The position numbers and the translations under genes were made by a program. Positions 18,706-28,712 of a stretch of DNA of 64,000 bases are shown here, one piece after another. Origin of the DNA: Rubripirellula sp. (lineage in GTDB: Bacteria > Planctomycetota > Planctomycetia > Pirellulales > Pirellulaceae); contig OZ244207.1 of NCBI GenBank assembly GCA_965216875.1, forward strand, positions 2,400,001 to 2,464,000, given 5' to 3'. Every line of letters starts with the position of its first letter. The stretch's first letter is position 1. The notes beneath the pieces are model-generated. The model was not told the origin of the DNA and did not search any database. It saw only the letters and a program-made list of their open reading frames with translations.

Positions 18706-19725
18706 ATGCCAAGGATCGTTTTTTCCGCAGCCGCTGAGGCAATCGAAGGGGATCCTACCGTCAAGCAGATCGTTACCGATCCCGATGTGCTTTCGGATTT
18801 ACACGGTCTCTATTCCGATATGGGTTGTGCTTCACAGCTTGATCTTGATGAATTTGAAGGTGTCCAAATCACGGGTGGACGGCTTCGTTTTGCATTTGAT
18901 CGACCGTTGGGTCGTTTACGAATCACCACCGCGTTCGAGCTTTCACGAAAGCTTGATGCATCCGAACAACAGTTGCTGCTACGTCAAACCATTCATCAAT
19001 GGAAAGCGGGCATTGGGACTGGTACGTTTCGCAATCACCATAACGAAGTTCCGTCGCTCGACCATGTGCAATCCATCGTTCGCACCGCGGGCGAACAATC
19101 CGCGAGTTATTGGTCGCACTACGTTGACGCATTCCCGCCGGTTGCGGACCGAGAGGTGCGTATCGAACAGTTCGATCAAGGCTGTGCTGACGACGATCTG
19201 ATCGCGGACCTCGAGCAAGCGGTTGCCAAGGAAGATCCATCCGCGATGTTCGTGCTTGGTCATCGCTACGAACGAGGCGATGGTGTGCCGCAGAGCGACT
19301 TGCATGCGTTTCAGCTCTATCGACGATCGGCGGACATCGGGCACGCGGTGGCCGCGTCATTTGCCGGGACGAGCCTGCTCGAAGGCAAAGGTGTCACGCA
19401 AGATGCCCAAACAGCGATCGAGTACTTTCGGATCGGCGCTGATGGCGGCTTCGCCTTCGCCATGCATAGTCTAGGCGTCTGCTACCTCGATGGCGTCGGT
19501 GTTCCGCAAGATCCCTCTGAAGCGTTTCGATGGTTTTCGCGTGGTGCTGATCTCGGCGATCCGACGTGCATGACCAAGCTCGGCGAATGTTACGAGAAAG
19601 GCATTGGCGTCGAAATCAACCTGCAGTCCGCCATCGAGTGTTATGAAAATGCTCGAGAGGGCGGGGTTGATGCAATGGAAGAGAACATCGACCGCTTGAA
19701 AGAGCTGATCGCAAGCAACGTCTGA
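18706..19725 (+). CDS. Sel1-like repeat protein with an uncharacterised N-terminal domain
   Basis: Four SLRs, e.g. AMFVLGHRYERGDGVPQS and AMHSLGVCYLDGVGVPQD; no signal peptide. Confidence 0.85.
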   Translation: MPRIVFSAAAEAIEGDPTVKQIVTDPDVLSDLHGLYSDMGCASQLDLDEFEGVQITGGRLRFAFDRPLGRLRITTAFELSRKLDASEQQLLLRQTIHQWKAGIGTGTFRNHHNEVPSLDHVQSIVRTAGEQSASYWSHYVDAFPPVADREVRIEQFDQGCADDDLIADLEQAVAKEDPSAMFVLGHRYERGDGVPQSDLHAFQLYRRSADIGHAVAASFAGTSLLEGKGVTQDAQTAIEYFRIGADGGFAFAMHSLGVCYLDGVGVPQDPSEAFRWFSRGADLGDPTCMTKLGECYEKGIGVEINLQSAIECYENAREGGVDAMEENIDRLKELIASNV

Positions 19726-19764
19726 TTCCAACGTCCGCTTGAGAATCCCGCTGCGTCTGTTTGC

Positions 19765-21216
19765 CTAGGCGATCAGGTCTTTTACAACATGCCCTTCAAC
19801 ATCGGTCAGTCGATACTGCCGTCCCTGAAACCGGAACGTCAGCTTCTCGTGATCGATCCCCAGCAAACGCAACAAGGTCGCGTTGAAGTCGTGAACGTGG
19901 ACCGGGTTTTCCGCAATGGTGTAGCCAAGATCGTCGGTCGCGCCGTAGCTCACGCCCCCTTTGGCGCCACCACCAGCCATCCAAACCGCAAAGGCATCTT
20001 TGTGGTGGTCGCGTCCTGCCTTGGTCTCTTTGCCTTCACTGTTTTGGCCCTGCGCAAAGGGTGTGCGTCCAAACTCTGAGGACCAAACCACAAGGGTCGA
20101 ATCGAGTAACCCTCGTTGCTTGAGATCTTTAATCAGCGCCGCGATCGGTTTGTCGACTTGCTTGGTCTTGCCGGCCAAGCGACTGAAAACGCTTCCGTGC
20201 GTGTCCCATCCCTGATCAAAGAGCTGCACGAACCGAACACCACGCTCAACCAAGCGACGCGCGAGCAGGCAATTATTTGCAAAGCTCGTCTCGCCTGGTT
20301 TTGTGCCATACATCTCATGAATGGCCTTCGGCTCCGATTGAATGTCCATCAATTCCGGAACACTCGTTTGCATTCGGTAGGCCAACTCGTATTGAGCGAT
20401 GCGCGTCGCAATCTCAGGGTCGCCCACATCGGTCAACTGTTGACGATTCATTCGATTGACCGCATCAATGATTCGCCGCCGCGACTGTGCATCAACCCCA
20501 TTAGGGTTTGAGAGGAACAGCACGGGATCCCCCTTACTGCGAAATTCGATGCCTTGATAGACACTCGGCAGGAAACCACTGCCCCAAGCTGGACTTCCGG
20601 CACCAAGGACATTGCCCGTGATCAAAACGACAAATCCGGGCAGGTCCTCGTTTTCACTTCCGAGTCCATAGTTCAGCCATGAGCCAATGCTCGGGCGTCC
20701 GAAGCGCGAGAAACCCGACAACATAAACATTTGCGCCGGACCATGATTGAATTCGTTTGTATGGAGCGACTTTACGATCGCCAAATCGTCGGCAACCGTT
20801 TGCAGATTGGGAAGCAAATTGGATATCTCGAGCCCTGACTCGCCACACCGCTTGAACTGATGTTTCTGATCATTTGGCGTTCCGAGCAAGGTGGGCAAAT
20901 CACGAACAAACGCAAACTTTCCTGATTCAAAAAGATCCTTGGGGCAGGCTTCGCCGTTGCGTTTCTGAAGCACCGGCTTGTGATCAAAGAGGTCAAGGTG
21001 CGAGGGAGCACCGACCATGTGAATGTAAATCACACTCTTTGCTTTGGCAGGGAAGTGCGGCTCTTTGATCGCCAGCGGGCTCTGCCCGCCGGGTCCTTCG
21101 CTCCCCTCGGCATTAAACAATTGCGAGAGCGCAAAGGCTCCCATTCCGAAGCCGGTGCGTTGCAACAACGCCCGCCGCCCGAGAGGTGTCGGCAATAGGT
21201 TCATTCGTGCACTCAC
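19765..21216 (-). CDS. DUF1501 domain protein
   Basis: Tat-like [55 protein letters not shown]. Confidence 0.92.
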   Translation of the reverse strand: MSARMNLLPTPLGRRALLQRTGFGMGAFALSQLFNAEGSEGPGGQSPLAIKEPHFPAKAKSVIYIHMVGAPSHLDLFDHKPVLQKRNGEACPKDLFESGKFAFVRDLPTLLGTPNDQKHQFKRCGESGLEISNLLPNLQTVADDLAIVKSLHTNEFNHGPAQMFMLSGFSRFGRPSIGSWLNYGLGSENEDLPGFVVLITGNVLGAGSPAWGSGFLPSVYQGIEFRSKGDPVLFLSNPNGVDAQSRRRIIDAVNRMNRQQLTDVGDPEIATRIAQYELAYRMQTSVPELMDIQSEPKAIHEMYGTKPGETSFANNCLLARRLVERGVRFVQLFDQGWDTHGSVFSRLAGKTKQVDKPIAALIKDLKQRGLLDSTLVVWSSEFGRTPFAQGQNSEGKETKAGRDHHKDAFAVWMAGGGAKGGVSYGATDDLGYTIAENPVHVHDFNATLLRLLGIDHEKLTFRFQGRQYRLTDVEGHVVKDLIA

Positions 21217-21226
21217 TTGCGGGGGA

Positions 21227-24200
21227 TCATTGAGTCATGGTTTCGTCGAGGTTCAAGAGCGTATTTGCGACGGCAAACCAGGCCGCAAGCTCCGCTCGAT
21301 CCTTCGCATTCAACGCGACGCCCTTGTATTGAAGCTTCGTTCTTTCAGCCACCAACTTGGGATTCGAGGCGATCCGCTCACGTTCATCACGCAATAGGTC
21401 GGTAAAGACACTGACTTCGAAACTGGTGGCCGGCCGCGAAAGCGCAAGTTTCAGGCCGTAACGCACCCTTCCTTCATCGGTCTTGTCATCGGCCTGCGTC
21501 AGAATCCGATCCGCCGTCGCGAGCGCGATCTCGACATAGGCTGGATCGTTCAACAGCGTCAGCGCCTGCATCGGCGTGTTCGAGCGGCCCCGCTGAACGG
21601 TGCAACTGCCGCGATCAGGAGCATCAAAGTTAATAAAACTCGGATAGGGAGCTGCGCGTTTGAAAACGACATAGACGCCACGGCGAAACCGATTTTCATC
21701 CTGCGCGACCACCCATTTCGGCTGGTTGCGTCCAACGCTGCGCCACAGATTGTCCGGCTGATGCGGCATGATCGGTCGCCCATGCATCTTCGTGGAAAGT
21801 AGCCCGCTTACCGCTAAAGCGTTGTCACGAATCGCCTCGGCTGACAATCGAAACCTTGGTCCACGCGCCAAGTACCGATTCGACGGGTCTTTACGCCATT
21901 GTTCGCGGGGCGCAGTTGACGATTGCGCAAAGGTCTCGGACATCACCATCAACTTAATGACGTGTTTCATCGACCAACCCGAATCGATCAACTCCATTGC
22001 CAGCCAATCAAGCAAAAGCGGATGGCTGGGCGACTCTGCCTGCGTGCCAAAGTCTTCAGGCGTCGAGACGAGCCCCGCGCCAAAGATCTCGGCCCACCAA
22101 CGATTCACGGTCACTCGCGCCGTCAGCGGATTGTTCCGAGACACGATCCATCGCGCCAACTCCATCCGATCACCCGTGGCGTTGCCAGATTCCAATTGAG
22201 GAAGGGATGCTGGAGTCCCCGCTTTCACCTGCTTGCCATGGTTTTCATAGTCACCACGAATCAACACGAACGTGTCACGCGGCTTCTCCATTTCCATCAT
22301 CACCAACGTTGTGTCGGGACGGGTTTTGGCAATCTCCTTCTCTAACCCGGCGATGTTCTGATCGAGCTTTCGCAAGCTGGGGTTCGCTTTGTCAAACACC
22401 TCGCGGAGGCGTTGCTTGTCCTTCTTGGAGGGCTTCTTCTTTGCCGCGAGCTTTTTGACTTCATCGGTTGCGAGCAAGAGTTGCGGATCACCTGCAAAGA
22501 CCGAAACGCGAGGCTTCCCAATCACCCGTCCTCGGCCATAGAACTGGCCGAGCGTCACCTTCACTTGATCGCCCGGTTGCAGGGTAAGCTTCTCGGCAAG
22601 TTGAAACTGAGCCCAATGCGGTTGCCCAAACTTGGGTGCGATTGCCCAGCCCGTCTTTCGATTTCCGTCGATCGCGTTAGCTACAGGCCATCCCGTCTGC
22701 GAAAAATCGGCATCCGCATTCGTCAACTCAAGTTCCGTTGTCTCCTTCCCACGCACTAATTGTGCGGTCACTTCACTCAAGATGATGTTCGTGCGTTTGG
22801 CATCACCACGTCCGGGACCCTTTCCTGGAATCCGATCATCGGTCAACGCATCGATCCGAATTGCCGTGAGCACCTCGCTCTCGACTTGAAGCGTGAAGGT
22901 GTGCTCGACAGTGTCGGGGACGCTGCCGGTGAGCAGCACCGCGCCATCATCAAGGATCTCGTAGGTCTCGCCGCCAGAGGTTGCGAACGATTCTGGGACA
23001 ACGCTGCGCCACTCGATCTCTTTCTCCACCGACTGCTTGACCATCTCAAGCCAACCAGCGAACTCTTCATCACTCGCGGAACTGAGTTCGCCACGTTGCT
23101 TCTTCAGCGCGGCAATCTCCTGCTCGAGTTTCTCTAATCGCATGGTGATCGCCTCAGGTTGAGGCAAGTCCATTTTCGGACCGTAAAAATCCCATGTCAC
23201 GCCCGATGTGTTTTTGACTTCAAGCGGCGTGTTATTGAAGTAGGCAAAAAGCTGGTAGTAGTCTTCTTGCGTGAACGGATCGTACTTGTGATCGTGGCAC
23301 TGGGCGCATTCCATCGTGGTGCCAAGAAACGCGGTCGCCGTCGTGTTCACACGATCAACGATCTGGTCGGTTCGGTTCGCTTCGGGATGGACTCCCGCTT
23401 CGACGTTGCATGTCGTCATCCGATGGAAACCGGTCGCCACCCGCTGTGCGCTGGTCGCATTTGGATGCAGGTCACCTGCGATTTGATCGATCACAAATTG
23501 ATCAAATGGCATGTTTTGATTTAACGCGTCAATGACCCAGTCTCGATACGCCCAGTTGTCTCGAAACTGGTCGGCTTGAAAGCCATTGCTATCTGCATAG
23601 CGAGCCAAGTCGAGCCACGGCACCGCCCATCGCTCGCCAAACCGAGGCGAATGCAACAGGCGATCGACGACTTTCTCGTAAGCATCGTCCGATTCGTCTG
23701 AAACGAACGCGTCGACCTCTTCGGGAGTCGGCGGCAACCCAATCACCGCGAGCGAGACGCGGCGCAACAATCGGGCACGATCGAGTCTTGCCGATGGCGA
23801 CAGGCCACGCCGCTTCATTCGAGCAAGAACGAAAGCGTCGATCGCGTGACGTTTCGAGCCCCCGACTTCGGACGCGTTGACTTCAGGCACGTCAGGTCGT
23901 GCAACCGGTTGGTAGGCCCAGTGCTTTGAATCGGCGTATTGATCGGGCCATTCCGCGCCAGCGTCGATCCAACGCCTTAGTGTTTTGACCTCGTTTGCCG
24001 AGAGTGGCTTTCCATCAATCGGCATGACATCGCCAAGCTCATCGCTGACGATTCGTTTGATCAACAGACTTGCGTCCGAATCTCCCGGCACAATGATCGG
24101 CTCTGCGGAGTCGGCTTCCCCCATTGCTGCTGAGCGCGCGTTCAGCTGCAGACTCGCCTCCTGCGTTTTCCCGCCATGACATCGAAAACAGTGCCTTCGC

Positions 24201-24397
24201 AAGATAGGCTGCACGTCTTCGCCGAAATCAATCACTTCGGCCGCCGCAGCGGATTCATCGGCAAGCGTGTTCGTCTGCACGAGGCCGCAACCGATCACAA
24301 CTGCGCTAAGAACGAAGGAATTGAATCGCGACGGTGAAACGCATTGGAACGAAGAGCCGAAAATCAGCTTGGGCCAAGCGTGAGAGTTCAAACGCAT
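21227..24397 (-). CDS. Planctomycete cytochrome c / DUF1549 / DUF1553 (PSD1) protein
   Basis: CFRCHG and [11 protein letters not shown] haem motifs; [39 protein letters not shown]. Start uncertain. Confidence 0.92.
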   Translation of the reverse strand: MRLNSHAWPKLIFGSSFQCVSPSRFNSFVLSAVVIGCGLVQTNTLADESAAAAEVIDFGEDVQPILRRHCFRCHGGKTQEASLQLNARSAAMGEADSAEPIIVPGDSDASLLIKRIVSDELGDVMPIDGKPLSANEVKTLRRWIDAGAEWPDQYADSKHWAYQPVARPDVPEVNASEVGGSKRHAIDAFVLARMKRRGLSPSARLDRARLLRRVSLAVIGLPPTPEEVDAFVSDESDDAYEKVVDRLLHSPRFGERWAVPWLDLARYADSNGFQADQFRDNWAYRDWVIDALNQNMPFDQFVIDQIAGDLHPNATSAQRVATGFHRMTTCNVEAGVHPEANRTDQIVDRVNTTATAFLGTTMECAQCHDHKYDPFTQEDYYQLFAYFNNTPLEVKNTSGVTWDFYGPKMDLPQPEAITMRLEKLEQEIAALKKQRGELSSASDEEFAGWLEMVKQSVEKEIEWRSVVPESFATSGGETYEILDDGAVLLTGSVPDTVEHTFTLQVESEVLTAIRIDALTDDRIPGKGPGRGDAKRTNIILSEVTAQLVRGKETTELELTNADADFSQTGWPVANAIDGNRKTGWAIAPKFGQPHWAQFQLAEKLTLQPGDQVKVTLGQFYGRGRVIGKPRVSVFAGDPQLLLATDEVKKLAAKKKPSKKDKQRLREVFDKANPSLRKLDQNIAGLEKEIAKTRPDTTLVMMEMEKPRDTFVLIRGDYENHGKQVKAGTPASLPQLESGNATGDRMELARWIVSRNNPLTARVTVNRWWAEIFGAGLVSTPEDFGTQAESPSHPLLLDWLAMELIDSGWSMKHVIKLMVMSETFAQSSTAPREQWRKDPSNRYLARGPRFRLSAEAIRDNALAVSGLLSTKMHGRPIMPHQPDNLWRSVGRNQPKWVVAQDENRFRRGVYVVFKRAAPYPSFINFDAPDRGSCTVQRGRSNTPMQALTLLNDPAYVEIALATADRILTQADDKTDEGRVRYGLKLALSRPATSFEVSVFTDLLRDERERIASNPKLVAERTKLQYKGVALNAKDRAELAAWFAVANTLLNLDETMTQ

Positions 24398-24501
24398 AGC
24401 GTGGTGGCTTTGGGTGGGACATTTGAGGTGGGAGCGTCCCATTGTAGCCCGAACCGCAGCGTGAGTGCGCTGGCAATCCAACCTCAGCGGTCATGTCGCG
24501 A

Positions 24502-25920
24502 CTAGAAGCTGAATTGAATCTGTGAACGGACCAGCCAGCCTCGATTGCCGGGCGTGATATCGAGCGAGGATGAGTTGATCGGCGCCCCATCGAGGTAGGT
24601 CAGGTCAACGACGGCCTTGGCATGGTTTTCGCGGAAATACAACGCGAGAGCACCAGAAACTTCTTCCGAGCTTTGGTCCGCCACACCGAGCGTTCCCGAG
24701 TTCCCTTGAACGCGCGACCATCGCACGAGTGCCTGGAGTCGATGCGGCACCACGAAACAACCAAGCTGAAACCAGAACCCGTGGTCAAAAAGATCAGGCA
24801 CATTCGCGCCCTGGAAATCAGCGACCGAACGGAAGTAGTGTTCCAGAGTCGCGCTCCAGCCTCGATACTTGAACGACGTGTCGACCGAATAGAGTGCAAC
24901 TTGGTACCGGCGGACGCTCCCTGGCAACAACCCAGACAACGTTGCTCCCGAATCGACGACGCGGATGGTATTGAACTCGGTTGTCCCTGTGCGATCGATT
25001 TCACTGAATGCGAATCCGAAACCGACCCGCATCGCCAATTTGCGATGCCACTGGAAGTCAGCGATTTCACCGTGGCCCCACTCGCCAATCGGAACCGCGT
25101 ACATGCGTCCCGAGAGCGCGAAGTTATCATCCAACGTTCCACTACTTCCCGTTTCGGCACCGCCCGTCACCAGCCCGTTGAAGAGTGCCGTCTCCCAGAC
25201 GATCGGTTTGCGGAACCAGTCCGTCTCGCCGTAGAGTCCCCATGCAAAGCTACGGTTGACGTCAAAGAACATGCTCGAGACGGAACGGTCACTGAATTCG
25301 AATTCTCGACCGGACATCCAACGTGCCATCGTAAACGGCATCTTGTACTTTCCGGTGCGAAACGAAATCGTGTGCGGTTCGAGCCCCAGACGCGCGTGAC
25401 CGAAATCGTAGTTGAGGTAGTAGTCGAGCAGCCGGACGTCATCGCCGCTGCTGCTTCGTCCGTCCAACTGGATGAAGTATGAGAAGTCGGGTGTGAAAGC
25501 CGAACCCGAAAAAACGAGACGACCACGTTTGAGTTGAAACTGATTGAGGTCGCGACTTGGCGGGCTGTAGTCGGTGATCGTGTGGCGCAGTTGTCCCCAA
25601 CCGTTTAGGCGAATACGAAAAGGCAACCGCCCCGCGTTGAGATCGAGCTCCCGATCACTCGCAATGAGGAAACCATTGTCGTATCCAACACGAACGTGAC
25701 TGAGCCATTCCATCGGGTCATGCAAGCCCGTGTCCGATCGGCACGGTTGCTGACAGGGCAAAGCGCCGTCGCAAGAGAACGCATCACAATCGGGATGCCA
25801 AAGCCCGCTGTCGATCATCCCGCCCGTCTCGCTGGCGACGCCGCCAGTCGGGATGGCAATGAACGCCATCAAGAGCAGAATAACGAGCTTGAGCAGGACA
25901 ACACGCACGATGAAGACCAA
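24502..25920 (-). CDS. Porin (phosphate-selective porin O/P-like beta-barrel)
   Basis: Hydrophobic N-terminus (likely start GTG 25908); FQLKRGRLVFSG, GKYKMPF; C-terminal QIQFSF. Confidence 0.75.
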   Translation of the reverse strand: MVFIVRVVLLKLVILLLMAFIAIPTGGVASETGGMIDSGLWHPDCDAFSCDGALPCQQPCRSDTGLHDPMEWLSHVRVGYDNGFLIASDRELDLNAGRLPFRIRLNGWGQLRHTITDYSPPSRDLNQFQLKRGRLVFSGSAFTPDFSYFIQLDGRSSSGDDVRLLDYYLNYDFGHARLGLEPHTISFRTGKYKMPFTMARWMSGREFEFSDRSVSSMFFDVNRSFAWGLYGETDWFRKPIVWETALFNGLVTGGAETGSSGTLDDNFALSGRMYAVPIGEWGHGEIADFQWHRKLAMRVGFGFAFSEIDRTGTTEFNTIRVVDSGATLSGLLPGSVRRYQVALYSVDTSFKYRGWSATLEHYFRSVADFQGANVPDLFDHGFWFQLGCFVVPHRLQALVRWSRVQGNSGTLGVADQSSEEVSGALALYFRENHAKAVVDLTYLDGAPINSSSLDITPGNRGWLVRSQIQFSF

Positions 25921-26261
25921 CCGTCAATGCGAAACGAAACCGATGTCTGCTAGATCGGCCACAATCGATACAACCCCGTAGCCGAACGGTCGTGAGAGGG
26001 CTGTTCCACACGCGGCAGAGACGACTGTGCCGGTTATGCCGATTCTCTCGTGATTGCAGACGGATCAAACAGTTTGTGACGCCTCGTCGGGGTTACGCGG
26101 TTGTGAGACCGCTAGGGATCGCGCGGCGCGGAATCCAACGAAATCTGCGTATCGATGCAGTTGACTCTAACGATTAGCCTGCGTTTTCCGATTTCCGTCT
26201 GTAGGGCTGCCAACAGGAGGTTGGCGGTTTGGTCGCGCGTTCGGCAAAGGAGTGCCACAAC

Positions 26262-27509
26262 ATGTCTATCGTTCAGCGTTTTGCGTTTGGCTTGGTCCTG
26301 CTAACCGGCCTCAGTATTGGTTCGGTGGCCAACGGCCAAGCCTTCGGCGTGCTCCTTCAAGGCAACCTGAACCCTGCGGCCGGCGGAATGGGAGGTGTGG
26401 GAATCGCAAACCCACAAGACGTGCAATCTGCGTTGGCACTTAACCCCGCAACGCTCTCCCAGAAAAAGGGCACTCAGTTCTCGTTCAGCGGATCGTGGGT
26501 TGAACCAACGATCAACATGGACAATGACGCGACGATCGGCCCGGCAAGTATCAGCCCGTTTGATTCCAAGTCACGCCGCCCGGGATCGATCGTTGGCAAT
26601 ATCGCCGTTTCACAAGACTTTACTGCGTTGGGATATCGAGCCACCGCGGGCATGGGGCTTTTGACCGCCTCGGGCCTTGGCGTGAACTACCGTGATGTGG
26701 GCGCCAGCAACGGGACAACCGCCGAGCTTGTCGCCCTGGCCACCGCAATGGGAGTCGGGGTGGAGGTGACCGACCGACTATCGATCGGTGCTCTCCTTTC
26801 GGTCGCCACGACAAGCATGGACGGAATCTTCACGGCAGTCGCAGCGTCGACTCCGGATTACAACCTGCGTGGCTCCTTCGGAATCACCTACGAACTCTTT
26901 GACGCAACCACGATTGGGGCCTTCTGGCAAACCGAACAAAAGCACACCTTCGATGACTTCGTTCGCTTTGGTCCGCCGGGGTCCGCATTCCAGGATTTGA
27001 GCATCTCGTTTCCCAACGTTTACGGCGTCGGTATCGCAGACCAAAGCCTGATGGACGGTCGCTTGCTGCTCGGCATCGACTTCACCTACATCGATTGGTC
27101 TTCAACCGACTTCTTCGGTGCGATTTGGAAAGACCAAACCGCACTCCAACTCGGAGCTCAATTTGACCTTTGCCGAGGTATTCGGCTGCGTGCTGGCTAC
27201 GCCTACGTCGACGATGCGTCGCGCAACGTCGTGGCGCCAACGATTGGCGGCATCACACCCCAGGCAGGCGTCGATTACATCCAAGCACTCTTCCCCAACT
27301 CGAACGAGCATCGCATCAGCGGCGGGATCGGCGTCAAAGATCTACTGCCTGGCGTCGATGTTGACCTGTTCGCAGGCGGCATGTTCAACGACTCGCACGA
27401 CTTTGGCCAATCAACTGTCTCGGTCGCAAGTTACTGGGTCGGCTTCGGAACCACTTGGCGTTTTGGTCGCGGCGGTTGCGGTTGCTTGCGAGTCCCCAAT
27501 CAGTTCTAG
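26262..27509 (+). CDS. OmpP1/FadL-family outer membrane transporter
   Basis: RBS aaggag; signal peptide; GGMGGVGIA...SALALNPATL; W-K-D then LRAGYAY. Confidence 0.8.
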   Translation: MSIVQRFAFGLVLLTGLSIGSVANGQAFGVLLQGNLNPAAGGMGGVGIANPQDVQSALALNPATLSQKKGTQFSFSGSWVEPTINMDNDATIGPASISPFDSKSRRPGSIVGNIAVSQDFTALGYRATAGMGLLTASGLGVNYRDVGASNGTTAELVALATAMGVGVEVTDRLSIGALLSVATTSMDGIFTAVAASTPDYNLRGSFGITYELFDATTIGAFWQTEQKHTFDDFVRFGPPGSAFQDLSISFPNVYGVGIADQSLMDGRLLLGIDFTYIDWSSTDFFGAIWKDQTALQLGAQFDLCRGIRLRAGYAYVDDASRNVVAPTIGGITPQAGVDYIQALFPNSNEHRISGGIGVKDLLPGVDVDLFAGGMFNDSHDFGQSTVSVASYWVGFGTTWRFGRGGCGCLRVPNQF

Positions 27510-27596
27510 AAAAGACGGGCAATTCCTAGACCGGCGGAATGTCCACCAGAAAACCACAAGCTGGTTCCGTAAACCGCATCCCAAGAGTTATCGAAC

Positions 27597-28505
27597 ATGT
27601 CCAATCGGCTTGGCAACCTTTGCTGGGGAATGATCGCTCTGACAAGCCTCCTCGCGACGAATTCGGCGGCGGCTGATCCGTGCTGCCGGTGCGAACACGA
27701 CAGATTCGAACTGAAGTTCCTTGATGATCTGCACCGAATTGGACGTCCCTGTCCCCAGCGCAACCCGTACGAAGAACGTATCGAAACCGAACGTCACGAC
27801 TTCACACAGTCGACCAAGACGGTTGGGCGCGGCGTAGTGCAAATTGAATCGGGATACAGCTACTTCTACAAAGACAACGATGAAATTGAGGGCTCGCACA
27901 CGATGCCCGAAACCTTGTTGCGAATTGGCTTGAGCGACGACATCGAATTTCGATTGCGTTACACGTATGTCTGGAAGTTCATCAAGGAGTTTGAAGACGA
28001 AGAAGGATCGCAAGACCTGATTTGGAGCTTCAAACTAGGCATGACTGAGGAATGCGGGCTGATCCCCGAAAGCGCCCTTGAGCTTCGCTTTACGGCGCCG
28101 ACCGGTGGCGGTGCCTTTTCGTCGCGCCGCGTCGATCACGGACTCGACTACATCTATGCCTGGGAACTCGCTGAAGGTTGGGAGCTCTACGGTTCGACCG
28201 GCTATAGCACCGGCGGACTTGGTGACGTCGCGTTGTTGCCAGAGGAACCGGCCGATGACTGGTTCGTCGCCTGGAGTCAGTCGGTGGCGCTCGGAACAGA
28301 ATTGACCGAGAACATGACGATGTACAACGAGGTCTTCGCCCTGTTCTCACACGCACTTGAAGACAACTTTTCCATCGCCATCTACAACATCGGAATCGAC
28401 TATTACATCACCAACGATTTTGTGCTCGACTTCCGAGCCGGAGTCGGCCTCACGTCCGATTCCGACGATTTCTTTTCGGGAATCGGTGGCGGCTACCGTT
28501 TCTAA
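27597..28505 (+). CDS. Outer-membrane beta-barrel transporter (Phenol_MetA_deg-like)
   Basis: Signal peptide; IETERHDFTQSTKTVGRGVVQIESGY, LLRIGL; C-terminal GYRF. Confidence 0.78.
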   Translation: MSNRLGNLCWGMIALTSLLATNSAAADPCCRCEHDRFELKFLDDLHRIGRPCPQRNPYEERIETERHDFTQSTKTVGRGVVQIESGYSYFYKDNDEIEGSHTMPETLLRIGLSDDIEFRLRYTYVWKFIKEFEDEEGSQDLIWSFKLGMTEECGLIPESALELRFTAPTGGGAFSSRRVDHGLDYIYAWELAEGWELYGSTGYSTGGLGDVALLPEEPADDWFVAWSQSVALGTELTENMTMYNEVFALFSHALEDNFSIAIYNIGIDYYITNDFVLDFRAGVGLTSDSDDFFSGIGGGYRF

Positions 28506-28533
28506 GGCGTGGTGCCGTGCTTGCCGGCAATCC

Positions 28534-28637
28534 CCCTCCCGCTAGCGGGAGGGTCGGACGCAAAGTCCGGGGAGGGAGCGGTCTATTCAAACCCTCTCCG
28601 GGCCTTAGAGCCCGACTCTCCCAAGGGAGAGTGTTTG
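28534..28637. repeat. Dispersed repeat family B, copy 2
   Basis: Near-identical to 10565-10673; differs mainly in the central spacer. Confidence 0.85.
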
Positions 28638-28712
28638 TTGATTGCGCAGTGTAGAAGCCCATTGAAAGCTCAATTGCATCCTCTAGCACTCGTCAAACTG
28701 AGTCTTGCCGCT

